A DNA stretch of 64,000 bases from Syntrophales bacterium (lineage in GTDB: Bacteria > Desulfobacterota > Syntrophia > Syntrophales > UBA2210). The notes below the pieces were generated by a model. That model saw only the letters and a program-made list of their open reading frames with translations, was not told the DNA's origin and did no database searches. Both the position numbers and the translations under genes were made by a program. This document shows, piece after piece, positions 41,383-50,630 of this stretch. Each line of letters starts with the position of its first letter. Positions within the stretch are counted from its first letter, which is position 1. The DNA is taken from positions 2,528,001-2,592,000 of the forward strand of contig CAXXKT010000001.1 in assembly GCA_963662405.2 (NCBI GenBank), in the 5' to 3' direction.

Positions 41383-42102
41383 ATGAAGGAGCAAAATCGG
41401 AGCGCCCTGATACTGGGTGTCTGTATCTTTCTGGGACTGGCCTTTCTCGGGTTTTTCCTGGGGCAGAGCGCCCTGAAGGTTAAGGCGTATGAACGGACCG
41501 TGACCGTGAAGGGGCTCTCGGAGCGGGAGTTCCCGGCCGATATCGTCCTCTGGCCGATCCACTTTTCCACGTCGGACAACGATCTCACGGACCTGTACGC
41601 GGCCATCGAACGGGATTCGCAGGAGATTATCGGATTCCTGAGGAAGAGTGGATTCGAAGGGGGGGAGATCACGGTGTCTTCCCCCGGGATTACCGACAAA
41701 TTGTCCCAGGGATACGAAAAATCGAAGATCGAGTTCCGCTATACCGCCGCCCGGACCATCACGGTCTATTCCACCAAGATCGAAGCGGTGCGCTCCGCAA
41801 TCAACGGGCTGGTCGAACTGGGGAAGAAAGGGATCGCCTTTACCGACAACACCTATCAGGGCCTGCCCGCGACGGAGTACCTCTTCACCCGCCTGAACGC
41901 GGTCAAACCGGGCATGATCGAGGAGGCCACGATGAAGGCGCGGGAGGTGGCGATCAAATTTGCGCAGGACTCCGGCAGCAGGGTGGGGAAGATCAAACGG
42001 GCGAGGCAGGGACAGTTCTCGATCTCAGACCGGGATCGGAATAATCCGCACATCAAAAAAATACGGGTCGTCTCGACGGTCGAATATTATCTGTCGGATT
42101 GA
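41383..42102 (+). CDS. SIMPL (DUF541) domain protein
   Basis: ERTVTVKGLSERE, KFAQDSG..VGKIKRARQGQFSI, RVVSTVEYYL. Confidence 0.9.
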   Translation: MKEQNRSALILGVCIFLGLAFLGFFLGQSALKVKAYERTVTVKGLSEREFPADIVLWPIHFSTSDNDLTDLYAAIERDSQEIIGFLRKSGFEGGEITVSSPGITDKLSQGYEKSKIEFRYTAARTITVYSTKIEAVRSAINGLVELGKKGIAFTDNTYQGLPATEYLFTRLNAVKPGMIEEATMKAREVAIKFAQDSGSRVGKIKRARQGQFSISDRDRNNPHIKKIRVVSTVEYYLSD

Positions 42103-42263
42103 GGATGCAGGGGAACTTGGAAAAAGCGGCCTATCCGTTTTCCCCCCTCGGAGGAAACGGATCGGATTTTGGATAAGCAGAACACAGTCATTAACAAAGA
42201 CAGGGCCGACGCCTTGTTTTTTTATCCCTGGACCTTGGGCACACAAGAACAAAATTATTAAGC

Positions 42264-43844
42264 ATGTCTCAGCCTCCTATCACTCTCTCCATCATCCTTG
42301 GGTTATCCGCCCTGCTGGCGGTATATCTGGCCGCCTGGGCCCATTTCTATTCCCGCGTACCGGCAGCGCGAGAATTCTTCTTCCTCATGTTGGGAGTCGC
42401 AATCTATTCGTTAGGGTATTCAATCGAGATTTCCCGCACCACCCTGGAAGCCGCCCTCCGGGCGTTATCCTTTGAATATATTGGTCTTTCCCTCATTCCA
42501 ACCCTATTGCTGCTTTTTGCGCTGCATTTCATCCGGCGGAAACCGCTGCCAAAGGCCCTCACGGCGATTTTGCTGATTATCCCGATGATTACCATTATCA
42601 TGGTATTCACCGCGCCCTTCCACCAGCTTCATAATATGAATCCCCGGTTGGTCAATACGGAATTTTTTCTCGCCTTCGTGTTTGAACGTGGTCCCTGGTA
42701 CAAGATCAACTATGCATGGGCGGAACTGAACATCATCAGCGCATTTATCTTGCTGCTTGTAAACGCGTTACGTGTCCCGCACAAGCAAAAGCGGCAGGCA
42801 ATCACCATTGCCGCAGGCGCAGTTCTCCCCTTACTCGGTTCCATCCTTTACCTGCTCAATTTGATTCCCGGTAAGATTGACCCCATCCCTTTCAGCCTGG
42901 TGGTGACGGGCCTGTTTTTGGCCTTTGCCCTCTTCAAACTGGGACTTTTTGAACTTGTCCCCGAAGCGAGAGAGTTGGCACTCGATTCAATTCGAGATGG
43001 TTTTCTGGTGCTGGACAGCAATGAAAACTTGCAGGATCTGAACCAGGCTGCTTTGCGCCTGCCCGGAGCGATGGGTTTCCGTATCGGCAGCCCATTGCCG
43101 GAAGGAAATTCGCTGGCAGAACAATTAAACCCCCTGCTGATAAAAGACGTAAAAGAGATCGAGTATTCGGTGGAATTTCCAGACCACTCAATCCATTTCT
43201 ATCACGCCACAGCATATCCGATCCATACCACAACGCGCCAAAACAGCGGCACGGCAATTCTGATCTCTGATGTCACCGAAACCGTTGGACTGGTGAAGAA
43301 GCTGAACCGGCAGGCCAACACCGATGAACTGACAGGCATCTTTAACCGCCGTTACCTGATACAATCGGGCATCCAGGAGTTACAGCGTGCCCGCCGCGAC
43401 GGGACACCCCTCGGCATCATTATGATGGATCTGGATTTTTTCAAGCATATCAACGATTCCTATGGACACCAAGCCGGAGACGAGGTACTGCACAGCACGG
43501 CGAAGTGTTTCCATAGTGGTTTGCGGGACGGTGATATCTTGGGCCGCTACGGTGGCGAGGAATTCGTCGCGCTTCTCCCCAGCGCCGACCTGCCCGCTGT
43601 CATTCAGATTGCTGAGCGCCTTCGGCAGCAGATTGAAAATTTGGGAATTCCTTTTGGAGAACGGAAAATCACCGTCACCGCCAGTTTTGGTGTGCATGCG
43701 TATTGCGGCAATCGGGATACTTCACTGGACGAGTTGTTACACCGAGCTGACCAAGCGCTTTACAAGGCAAAGAAAAGCGGGCGTAACCGGGTGGTCAGCC
43801 TGACACAGACCGAATGTGGCGGTGAACCGGAGACTGTTCAATAA
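42264..43844 (+). CDS. 7TM (HisKA_7TM) sensor-PAS-GGDEF diguanylate cyclase
   Basis: Seven hydrophobic segments, DELTGIFNRR, RDGD I-site, RYGGEEF. Confidence 0.9.
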   Translation: MSQPPITLSIILGLSALLAVYLAAWAHFYSRVPAAREFFFLMLGVAIYSLGYSIEISRTTLEAALRALSFEYIGLSLIPTLLLLFALHFIRRKPLPKALTAILLIIPMITIIMVFTAPFHQLHNMNPRLVNTEFFLAFVFERGPWYKINYAWAELNIISAFILLLVNALRVPHKQKRQAITIAAGAVLPLLGSILYLLNLIPGKIDPIPFSLVVTGLFLAFALFKLGLFELVPEARELALDSIRDGFLVLDSNENLQDLNQAALRLPGAMGFRIGSPLPEGNSLAEQLNPLLIKDVKEIEYSVEFPDHSIHFYHATAYPIHTTTRQNSGTAILISDVTETVGLVKKLNRQANTDELTGIFNRRYLIQSGIQELQRARRDGTPLGIIMMDLDFFKHINDSYGHQAGDEVLHSTAKCFHSGLRDGDILGRYGGEEFVALLPSADLPAVIQIAERLRQQIENLGIPFGERKITVTASFGVHAYCGNRDTSLDELLHRADQALYKAKKSGRNRVVSLTQTECGGEPETVQ

Positions 43845-43861
43845 GGCAGACTTCTCATTCC

Positions 43862-44094
43862 TCAGAGGTGGAGAATCGGGCCGAGCTCCTTGCGCCGCCG
43901 GATCGATTCGAGAAGGCCGACGGTCCCCGTCATCATGTTGTTTCCTCCTGGGGCACAGAAGGTGATCGGCAGTCGCGAACCTTCCATGAGGCCCCTTCTC
44001 GGTCCCGTGGCGATCAGTATCTCGGCCCTGTCGAAGCCGAAAGAGGTACGGAGATAGGCGCCGTGCCCTCCTTCCCGCAGTATTTTTTCATGAC
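43862..44094 (-). pseudogene. Diverged duplicate of the 3' 233 bp of the DUF1786 gene
   Basis: Translates HEKILREGGHGAYLRTSFGFD...ELGPILHL*, colinear with 52609-52841. Confidence 0.9.
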
Positions 44095-44179
44095 AGCCTT
44101 CCTTTGGTCGAGTTCGTAATCAAAATATCAAACTTGACATGATATCGGATCATCTTTCTTTTCAAGGGCACATAGAAAC

Positions 44180-44218
44180 AGTCTCAATATGGAACACCAT
44201 ATGTTTCATGCTGAGACT
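44180..44218. promoter_or_regulatory. Tandem enhancer-binding-protein sites (UAS)
   Basis: AGTCTCA-ATA-TGGAACA and TGTTTCA-TGC-TGAGACT, variants of a TGTCTCA-N3-TGAGACA palindrome, about 100-140 bp upstream of the sigma54 box. Confidence 0.6.
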
Positions 44219-44316
44219 GCCCCCTTTTGTGCCTGCATTATCACTTCTTACTAATGTGCTCTCCTATATCAATAATATCATGTAGTTAAAATTATATAGA
44301 CTGCTCTGTTTAAAAA

Positions 44317-44332
44317 AGGCACGTGATGTGCT
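44317..44332 (+). promoter_or_regulatory. sigma54 -24/-12 promoter
   Basis: AGGCACGTGATGTGCT (GG-N10-GC). Confidence 0.65.
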
Positions 44333-44858
44333 TGCTTACCTATAAGTGAGTCTTCTGAGGGGGAAACTGATAAACACTTTTCTAAATCTTTTATCTTTAA
44401 CCATGGCTCGGAGTCAGAGACAATTTACAAAAGAGGATGATGAAAGCCCCCTCGTCTGGTGGTGTGATGTTTAAGCAAATATAACAAGTTATAAAAAAGT
44501 GCTGCTGTATAAAGTCGGGTCCAGTTGAAATATCTTTGACGGTGTAGACATGTAGCTGCCTGAGTTGCCATGCCGGCATGTGAAGTGTGATCTTCCAAGG
44601 TAGAAAATGGATGATCGATAGGCATAGTGGCTCAGGAATATGTTTCAAACACCGCCGTAGAAAAAGATATTGATTTTTGTATCTTGTGCTGAGGCAACCT
44701 GTTTCTGGTTTCTGGGTGTTCTTTTAAGAATTTCTACCTGTGGTGTTACAGATCGCCAAGATCGATCGATTTTGTGGATGTATTGTCATGCACCGGAGTC
44801 AATGAGATAGTAAAGCCTGTTCAAGGGGGACAACACACTAATAAGGAGGAAAACACTG

Positions 44859-46400
44859 ATGGGTAAGGAAAAATATTATTCGTGGAATGCGGGAAGGCCG
44901 CCGGGACACCTTAATCCTGGGCTTATATTGAAAAATGCTGCCATTGCTTATCCCAACAAAATGGTCATAGATGGAAACAATGCCGTCAGTCGCAGTTACC
45001 GGGAAATAGATGAAAGAGCGAATCGAATAGCCAATGGGCTCTTGGACCGTTACAATCCCGGAGATTTTGTGGCGGTTATATCGAGAATTGGCGGCATAGC
45101 ATCTCTTGAAGCCTATTTCGCTATTGTAAGAGCTGGGATGACTGCGGTTCCTTTATCTAATCGGTTAAACTCCGGTGAAATAGAGAATGTATTACAATAC
45201 ATAAATGCGAAGGCCATATTATTTGATGAAACATTCGAATCAACTGTAGACCAAGTCCAATTACCAATAGACACATATAAGTATGGTTTAAAGGAAGAAG
45301 GCGACTACAGCTACAATAATTTGCTTCAGTACGAACCAACCGAGGCAAACGTGGAAATCTTTGACGATACCCAGATATGCCTCGGATTTACCTCTGGTAC
45401 AACCGGTGCTCCAAAGGCATATTGCAGGTCATCGTATGCAAACACCCTCAACCACATGCTATATAATATAAGTTTTGACATGACATATCAGGATATAGCG
45501 TTAAATATTATTCCTCCCCTGACAGGAATAAGTTGGGGAGTTGGTGTAATGCTGGCAGGGGGGACCGTGATTAATATGGATTTTGATCCGACAGCGGTAT
45601 TAAAGGCTATCGAGAAATATAAGGTCACCATTATGTATGGTGCTCCAGCAGCGTACTTCTTCATGATGAGCGTGCCCGATCTCGATACCTACGATCTCAG
45701 TTCTTTAAGGGCTGTTGCAAGCGTTGGGGCTCCTCTGTCGCAGAATGTACTCAGACAAATATGGGAGAAAATAACACCAAATGTTTATGATCACATAGGA
45801 ATGCAGGAGACAGGCTTTCTCGCAGTAAGCAAACCGGACATAAAGAGGAATAAACCGGGAGCGGTGGGGCCACCAACACCGTTGCATGATTTAAAAATTA
45901 TAGATGATAAAGGTCAGGAAATCCCGAGGGGAGAGGTCGGTGAAGTAATTTACAGGTATCCGGATGGTGCTGCAGGGTATTGGCAAAATGATGAGAAAAC
46001 GCGTGAAGTTATTAAAAACGGGTGGTTTCACTCAGGGGATCTTGGAAAGGTCGATGAAGACGGGTGTTTATATGTTGTTGGAAGATTAAAAGATATGATC
46101 GTTTCCGGAGGATATAATGTCTTTGCTGTAGATGTGGAAGATGAACTGATGCAACATTCGAAAATAGTTGATTGTGCTGTCATAGGGCTACCGGATGACA
46201 CATGGGGAGAAAGGGTGAGCGCTATTGTAACCTTGAGGCCGGATGAGACGTGCACGGAAGATGAGATAATGGCCTTTTGCAGAGATAGAATGGCGCACTA
46301 TAAAGCACCAAAGAGTGTATTTTTTGATACTGTTCCGAGAAATCTTGCCGGAAAGGTGCTCAAGTTTAAGTTGGTAGAAAAATATCGGGAAAATAACTGA
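44859..46400 (+). CDS. AMP-dependent acyl-CoA synthetase/ligase
   Basis: FTSGTTGAPK, GMQET, FHSGDLG, RLKDMIVSGG, PRNLAGK; AT-rich. Confidence 0.92.
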   Translation: MGKEKYYSWNAGRPPGHLNPGLILKNAAIAYPNKMVIDGNNAVSRSYREIDERANRIANGLLDRYNPGDFVAVISRIGGIASLEAYFAIVRAGMTAVPLSNRLNSGEIENVLQYINAKAILFDETFESTVDQVQLPIDTYKYGLKEEGDYSYNNLLQYEPTEANVEIFDDTQICLGFTSGTTGAPKAYCRSSYANTLNHMLYNISFDMTYQDIALNIIPPLTGISWGVGVMLAGGTVINMDFDPTAVLKAIEKYKVTIMYGAPAAYFFMMSVPDLDTYDLSSLRAVASVGAPLSQNVLRQIWEKITPNVYDHIGMQETGFLAVSKPDIKRNKPGAVGPPTPLHDLKIIDDKGQEIPRGEVGEVIYRYPDGAAGYWQNDEKTREVIKNGWFHSGDLGKVDEDGCLYVVGRLKDMIVSGGYNVFAVDVEDELMQHSKIVDCAVIGLPDDTWGERVSAIVTLRPDETCTEDEIMAFCRDRMAHYKAPKSVFFDTVPRNLAGKVLKFKLVEKYRENN

Positions 46401-46716
46401 TACATATCGGTAATTCTTTGTTATATCGAAAGGTTGCAAGGTTGACTGTAAAATATTCAATTCGATCCATATAGGAATGAACCCAGCGATGGTGTAACGC
46501 AGCGGTGGTGTATGCTTCCCCCCTTGCCAGGACTTGCCGCTTTTGCTTGCGTACGTTTTTCCTATTCAACACCGTCGCTGGGTCTTGGATAGCGTAAAAT
46601 ATTGTACGTTATTTATCGGAATATCTGTTTAGAATCGGTGTTCTAACGCACCAACAATCATTTGGAGAGACTCATGAGAGAAATCGCGATTGAAGAACTT
46701 ATAAAAGGAGGGCTTG

Positions 46717-47745
46717 ATGTATTCTTTAAAATCTAACGAGAAGGTGTGTGCCACCTGTCCCTCGCCTGATTGTCTTCTGGAGTGCCAGTACATGGTCTTT
46801 GACAAGGAAGAGGCGCACGAGGAGATGATGAAGGTCGTGAGGGGGGAGGAGTCCCGCGTACTACACGATTGCGTGACCTGTTACGCTTGTGAGGAATACT
46901 GCAAGAGGGGAAATCACCCCTTCTATCTGATCTCCGAGCGGAGAGAAGAAAAGGGGATCTACACCGCCCCACGGCCTATCACGAATCAATGGATCAATAT
47001 GACACGTATGCAGGGGAAGCAGATGGTCGGGAAGGTCGAAGATACAGCCCTCTCCTGCTGTTTCATCCCCGATCTTGCCGGATTAAGTTCCGGAGCGCTC
47101 TTCAAAAACGTTGTCTCGTCAGTCGTCTTCGGTGCGGAATTCATGTGTCCAGCCGTCCACACTCACTTCGCCAAGATGTCGGTCATCAAGGAGCGTCTTC
47201 CCATTGTTATTGAGAATTTCAAGAAACTGGGCGTAAAGGAGGTGATCTGCCTCCACGATGAGTGCTACGGGACCTATACCTCCATTGCACCCGCCTATGG
47301 GATGGAGGTTCCTTTCAGACCCATCTACTACATGGATTTCCTTTTGGATAGATTAGAGGAGTTGAAGGACAAGATCACCCCCCTCAATATCACTGTGGCA
47401 TACCAACGTCCCTGCTCCAACCGGCTGATCCCGGACAAGCACCGTTTGGTAAGGGAGATATTTGCCCGTATCGGTGTCATCATGCCCGACCGCGAATATC
47501 AAGATGATAACGCACTCTGCTGTGCTGAGCTCTTCCGGCCGATCTCCGGGTACCGGCTCGCCGATGATGTCCAGAAGCGAAACATCGATGACATGCTTGC
47601 CGTCAATGCCGAATATTGTATCTTCAACTGTCCCGCTTGCCAGTCGGTCCTGTCGGAAAAGGTTTCCAAAAGCGGTATCAAGCCGGTTCACATCATTGAC
47701 CTGTGCAAAATGGCCATCGGTGAAAAGGAAAGGGAGGTGAAGTAG
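46717..47745 (+). CDS. Fe-S-binding protein with CCG-like domain
   Basis: CATCPSPDCLLEC, CVTCYACEEYC, QRPC, LCCA, CPAC. Confidence 0.82.
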   Translation: MYSLKSNEKVCATCPSPDCLLECQYMVFDKEEAHEEMMKVVRGEESRVLHDCVTCYACEEYCKRGNHPFYLISERREEKGIYTAPRPITNQWINMTRMQGKQMVGKVEDTALSCCFIPDLAGLSSGALFKNVVSSVVFGAEFMCPAVHTHFAKMSVIKERLPIVIENFKKLGVKEVICLHDECYGTYTSIAPAYGMEVPFRPIYYMDFLLDRLEELKDKITPLNITVAYQRPCSNRLIPDKHRLVREIFARIGVIMPDREYQDDNALCCAELFRPISGYRLADDVQKRNIDDMLAVNAEYCIFNCPACQSVLSEKVSKSGIKPVHIIDLCKMAIGEKEREVK

Positions 47746-47746
47746 G

Positions 47747-49126
47747 ATGAGCGATATACTGCAATCCCTGAGAGAAATCGTCGGGGAACGAGGGGTTTCG
47801 AACAGACCCGAAGAGCTCTGGTTCTATGCGCGGGATCCGGGGGTACTGGATCCTCACCTGCCGGACTATGTCGTAGCTCCAAAGACGACCGAGGAGATAC
47901 AGAAGATCGTCCAGCTGGCAAACAGAGAGAAAATTCCCATTGTTCCGATGGGGAACGGCATGGCCCTGACCGGTCTCGTTATCCCCCTGAAAGGGGGGAT
48001 CGTGCTGGACATGAAGCGTATGAACAGGATCATCAAGGTGAATGAGATGGCCCGGTACGCCGTTGTGGAGGGAGGAACCTCCCAGGGGGTGCTTGCGGCG
48101 TATCTGCAGGACCATTATCCCCGCCTGCGTCACAGTCTTCCCGATGCCCCTCCGTCCACAACCGTCGCCGCCAATGTGTCCCTCCACGGCCAGGGGCGAC
48201 TGACGCAACAGTATGGTTTTAACTCCGACATGGTCACGGGAATGGAGATCGTTCTCCCCACCGGTGAGATCTGCAGGATCGGTTCCCCCTCGTTGGGACC
48301 CTACTGGTTCTCCAAGGGCCCCACGCTTCCCGACCTGTCGGGACTTTTTTTGGGGTGGCTTGGTGCCACCGGGATCATCACCAAAGTGGGAATGAAGCTC
48401 TTCCCCAACAAGAAGTTCCGGGATGTGGAGCTCTTCGTGACCGACCGGCCCGAATTAGTGCCGGATATCCTCTACCGGTTGACTCACCTCGAGATGCTTG
48501 AAGATATCAACGTCTGGTTCCAGCCCAAACCTCTGATGTTCAAAGATAATCATCATGTCACCATCTTTTTTACCGGTGATACCGAGGAAGAAGTCGAGTT
48601 CAAGAGACGGGCAATTTGGGATTCCTTACAGGAATACATGGATTCGAAAGACGGTGGATTCATGAACATCGATCCCATGAAGGAAGGAATCTTGGAGATG
48701 CCGCAGCGGGGGATCGCAGCTTTTGCCGATGTTCCTCGGGGGGGCGGATTCGAATATTCGGGACCCATCGCGATTATTGAACATTATCCCCAGTATGCCG
48801 CGAATGTCATCAGGCTGGCCGAGAAATACGACCTTCTCTACGCTGGTACCGCTCGGCTCATATCGGGGGGACATTCCATGATGTTCAGTATCTCTTTCGC
48901 CTTCAACCGGGCCGATTCCGCGATGATGAAGCGGGTCAAGGAAGCCCTGGATGAGGCGACCACCTTCGCTCTGGAGATGGGGGGGATACCCTGGAAGCCC
49001 AACTATCTGGAACAAAATATGATAATGGAGAAGATGGATCCTGTCGCACTCAAGCTCCTCCAGATGGTGAAGAAGAACCTTGATCCCCAGGGAATCATGA
49101 ATCCCGGAAACTGGGAGGTGAACTAA
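47747..49126 (+). CDS. FAD-binding oxidoreductase (GlcD/D-2-hydroxyacid dehydrogenase-like)
   Basis: PKTTEEIQKIV, EIVLPTGE, GATGIITK, DPQGIMNPG. Confidence 0.88.
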   Translation: MSDILQSLREIVGERGVSNRPEELWFYARDPGVLDPHLPDYVVAPKTTEEIQKIVQLANREKIPIVPMGNGMALTGLVIPLKGGIVLDMKRMNRIIKVNEMARYAVVEGGTSQGVLAAYLQDHYPRLRHSLPDAPPSTTVAANVSLHGQGRLTQQYGFNSDMVTGMEIVLPTGEICRIGSPSLGPYWFSKGPTLPDLSGLFLGWLGATGIITKVGMKLFPNKKFRDVELFVTDRPELVPDILYRLTHLEMLEDINVWFQPKPLMFKDNHHVTIFFTGDTEEEVEFKRRAIWDSLQEYMDSKDGGFMNIDPMKEGILEMPQRGIAAFADVPRGGGFEYSGPIAIIEHYPQYAANVIRLAEKYDLLYAGTARLISGGHSMMFSISFAFNRADSAMMKRVKEALDEATTFALEMGGIPWKPNYLEQNMIMEKMDPVALKLLQMVKKNLDPQGIMNPGNWEVN

Positions 49127-50310
49127 TGCAATACGTCCGTTCGATCGAACATGGAGATATCGTCCATCGCTGTTTTAGATGTGGATACTGTAAATTCCCC
49201 TTGGATTACGTTGATTTTAACTGTCCCTCTTACAAGGCATTCGGGTGGGACACCTATGCCCCTGGCGGCCGTATGTGGCTCGCTCGGGCCTGGTTGAGCG
49301 GCGAGATCGAGTCGACCCAGACCTTCGCGAAAATCTTTTTTTCCTGTGTTTCATGTGACAACTGTAAGGATCAATGTGTCTTCGAACGGTTCAGGGGTTA
49401 TCTCCCCGATGTCTTTCAGGAGGTCAAGGCTGAACTGGTGAATGAGGGGGTAGTTCCTCCCGAAGTGAGGGATTATTTCAAGGCCATCATTACGAGTGGA
49501 AATCCTTACAAACTACCTCAGGAAGAGCGAGGGGCATGGGCCGCAGGGACGGGGCTGAAAGAATTCACCGATCAGGAATACCTGTTTTATGTCGGATGTG
49601 TCGGGTCCTACGATGAGATCGGCCGGAAAATGGCCAAGGCTGTGGGAAAACTCCTCTCCGAGGCGGGAGTTTCCGTAGGAATTCTAGGAAGCGAAGAGAC
49701 CTGTGAGGGAAACGAGGTCAGTATCCTGGGAGAGGTCGGGCTCTTCGAGGAGTTGGCGAGAATCAATATCGAAAAGTTCAAGGAACGAGGAATTACCAGG
49801 ATTATTACCCTTGATCCCCACGCCCTGAATGCCTTCAAAAAAGAGTACCCGAAGCTGGGGGGAACCTTTGAAGCCTTTCACTATACCGAGATCCTGGCGA
49901 AGCTGATCAGAGAAGGGAAGATTACCCTTGGCGATTACCCGGTAACGGTGACCTACCACGATCCCTGTTATCTGGGGAGACACAACGGGATCTATGACGC
50001 TCCGCGTGAGGTCCTCCGGGCTGTTCCCGGCCTTGATCTAGTGGAACTGCGGCGGAACCGCCAATTCGCCTTCTGCTGCGGCGGGGGGGGAGGGAACTTC
50101 TTTACCGATATTTTGGGAACCGGCGAGGACAGCGCGGGCCGTGTCCGTGTCCGGGAGGCGCTCCAGACGGGTGCCTCGGTCATCGCCGTGGCTTGCCCTA
50201 CCTGCGCCAAGATGCTCAGCGACTCGATCAAGATCGAAGGAGTCGACAACATGCTGGAGATCATGAGTGTTGCCGATATCGTTTCCCGGGCTCGAATACG
50301 TAAAGGATAA
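49126..50310 (+). CDS. (Fe-S)-binding CCG-domain protein (GlcF/GlpC/HdrD-like)
   Basis: CFRCGYC, CVSCDNC, YHDPCYLGRHN, CCGGGGG, ACPTC. Confidence 0.9.
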   Translation: MQYVRSIEHGDIVHRCFRCGYCKFPLDYVDFNCPSYKAFGWDTYAPGGRMWLARAWLSGEIESTQTFAKIFFSCVSCDNCKDQCVFERFRGYLPDVFQEVKAELVNEGVVPPEVRDYFKAIITSGNPYKLPQEERGAWAAGTGLKEFTDQEYLFYVGCVGSYDEIGRKMAKAVGKLLSEAGVSVGILGSEETCEGNEVSILGEVGLFEELARINIEKFKERGITRIITLDPHALNAFKKEYPKLGGTFEAFHYTEILAKLIREGKITLGDYPVTVTYHDPCYLGRHNGIYDAPREVLRAVPGLDLVELRRNRQFAFCCGGGGGNFFTDILGTGEDSAGRVRVREALQTGASVIAVACPTCAKMLSDSIKIEGVDNMLEIMSVADIVSRARIRKG

Positions 50311-50340
50311 CCTAAAGTACTTCTTGCACATTTAGAGGTG

Positions 50341-50599
50341 TAGCGATGCAAGGTTCATTTTGCGCGGAACATCCTGGCTCACATCCCCCATAGAGAGGAA
50401 GGGTCCTTTGCCGTGAGACTGAAGACCCCCTGGCTGCCGTCCACGAAGGAGGCGGTCTTGCAGGCAGCCCGGTTGTTGATTGATGAATATCGAAACCGTT
50501 TTCCTCAGGCTTTCATGAGGAAAAGGGTCTGGAGGATGCCCTGCCATTTTTCAAAGAATTGGCCTATAAGAAATTTACACATAAAAATTGACAGTACCC
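50341..50599 (+). mobile_element. IS256-family remnant (internal transposase fragment plus right-end-like sequence)
   Basis: RCKVHFARNILAHIPH...YRNRFPQA, then GLEDAL in a shifted frame; AATTTACACATAAAAATTGACAGTACC end motif. Confidence 0.75.
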
Positions 50600-50630
50600 A
50601 TTCCGACGTGCCGTTCTTGCCAAGACCTTT

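Noticed and set aside
44397..44648. Small minus-strand ORFs in the sigma54 leader region
   Set aside because: No RBS or motifs, and wrong strand relative to the promoter
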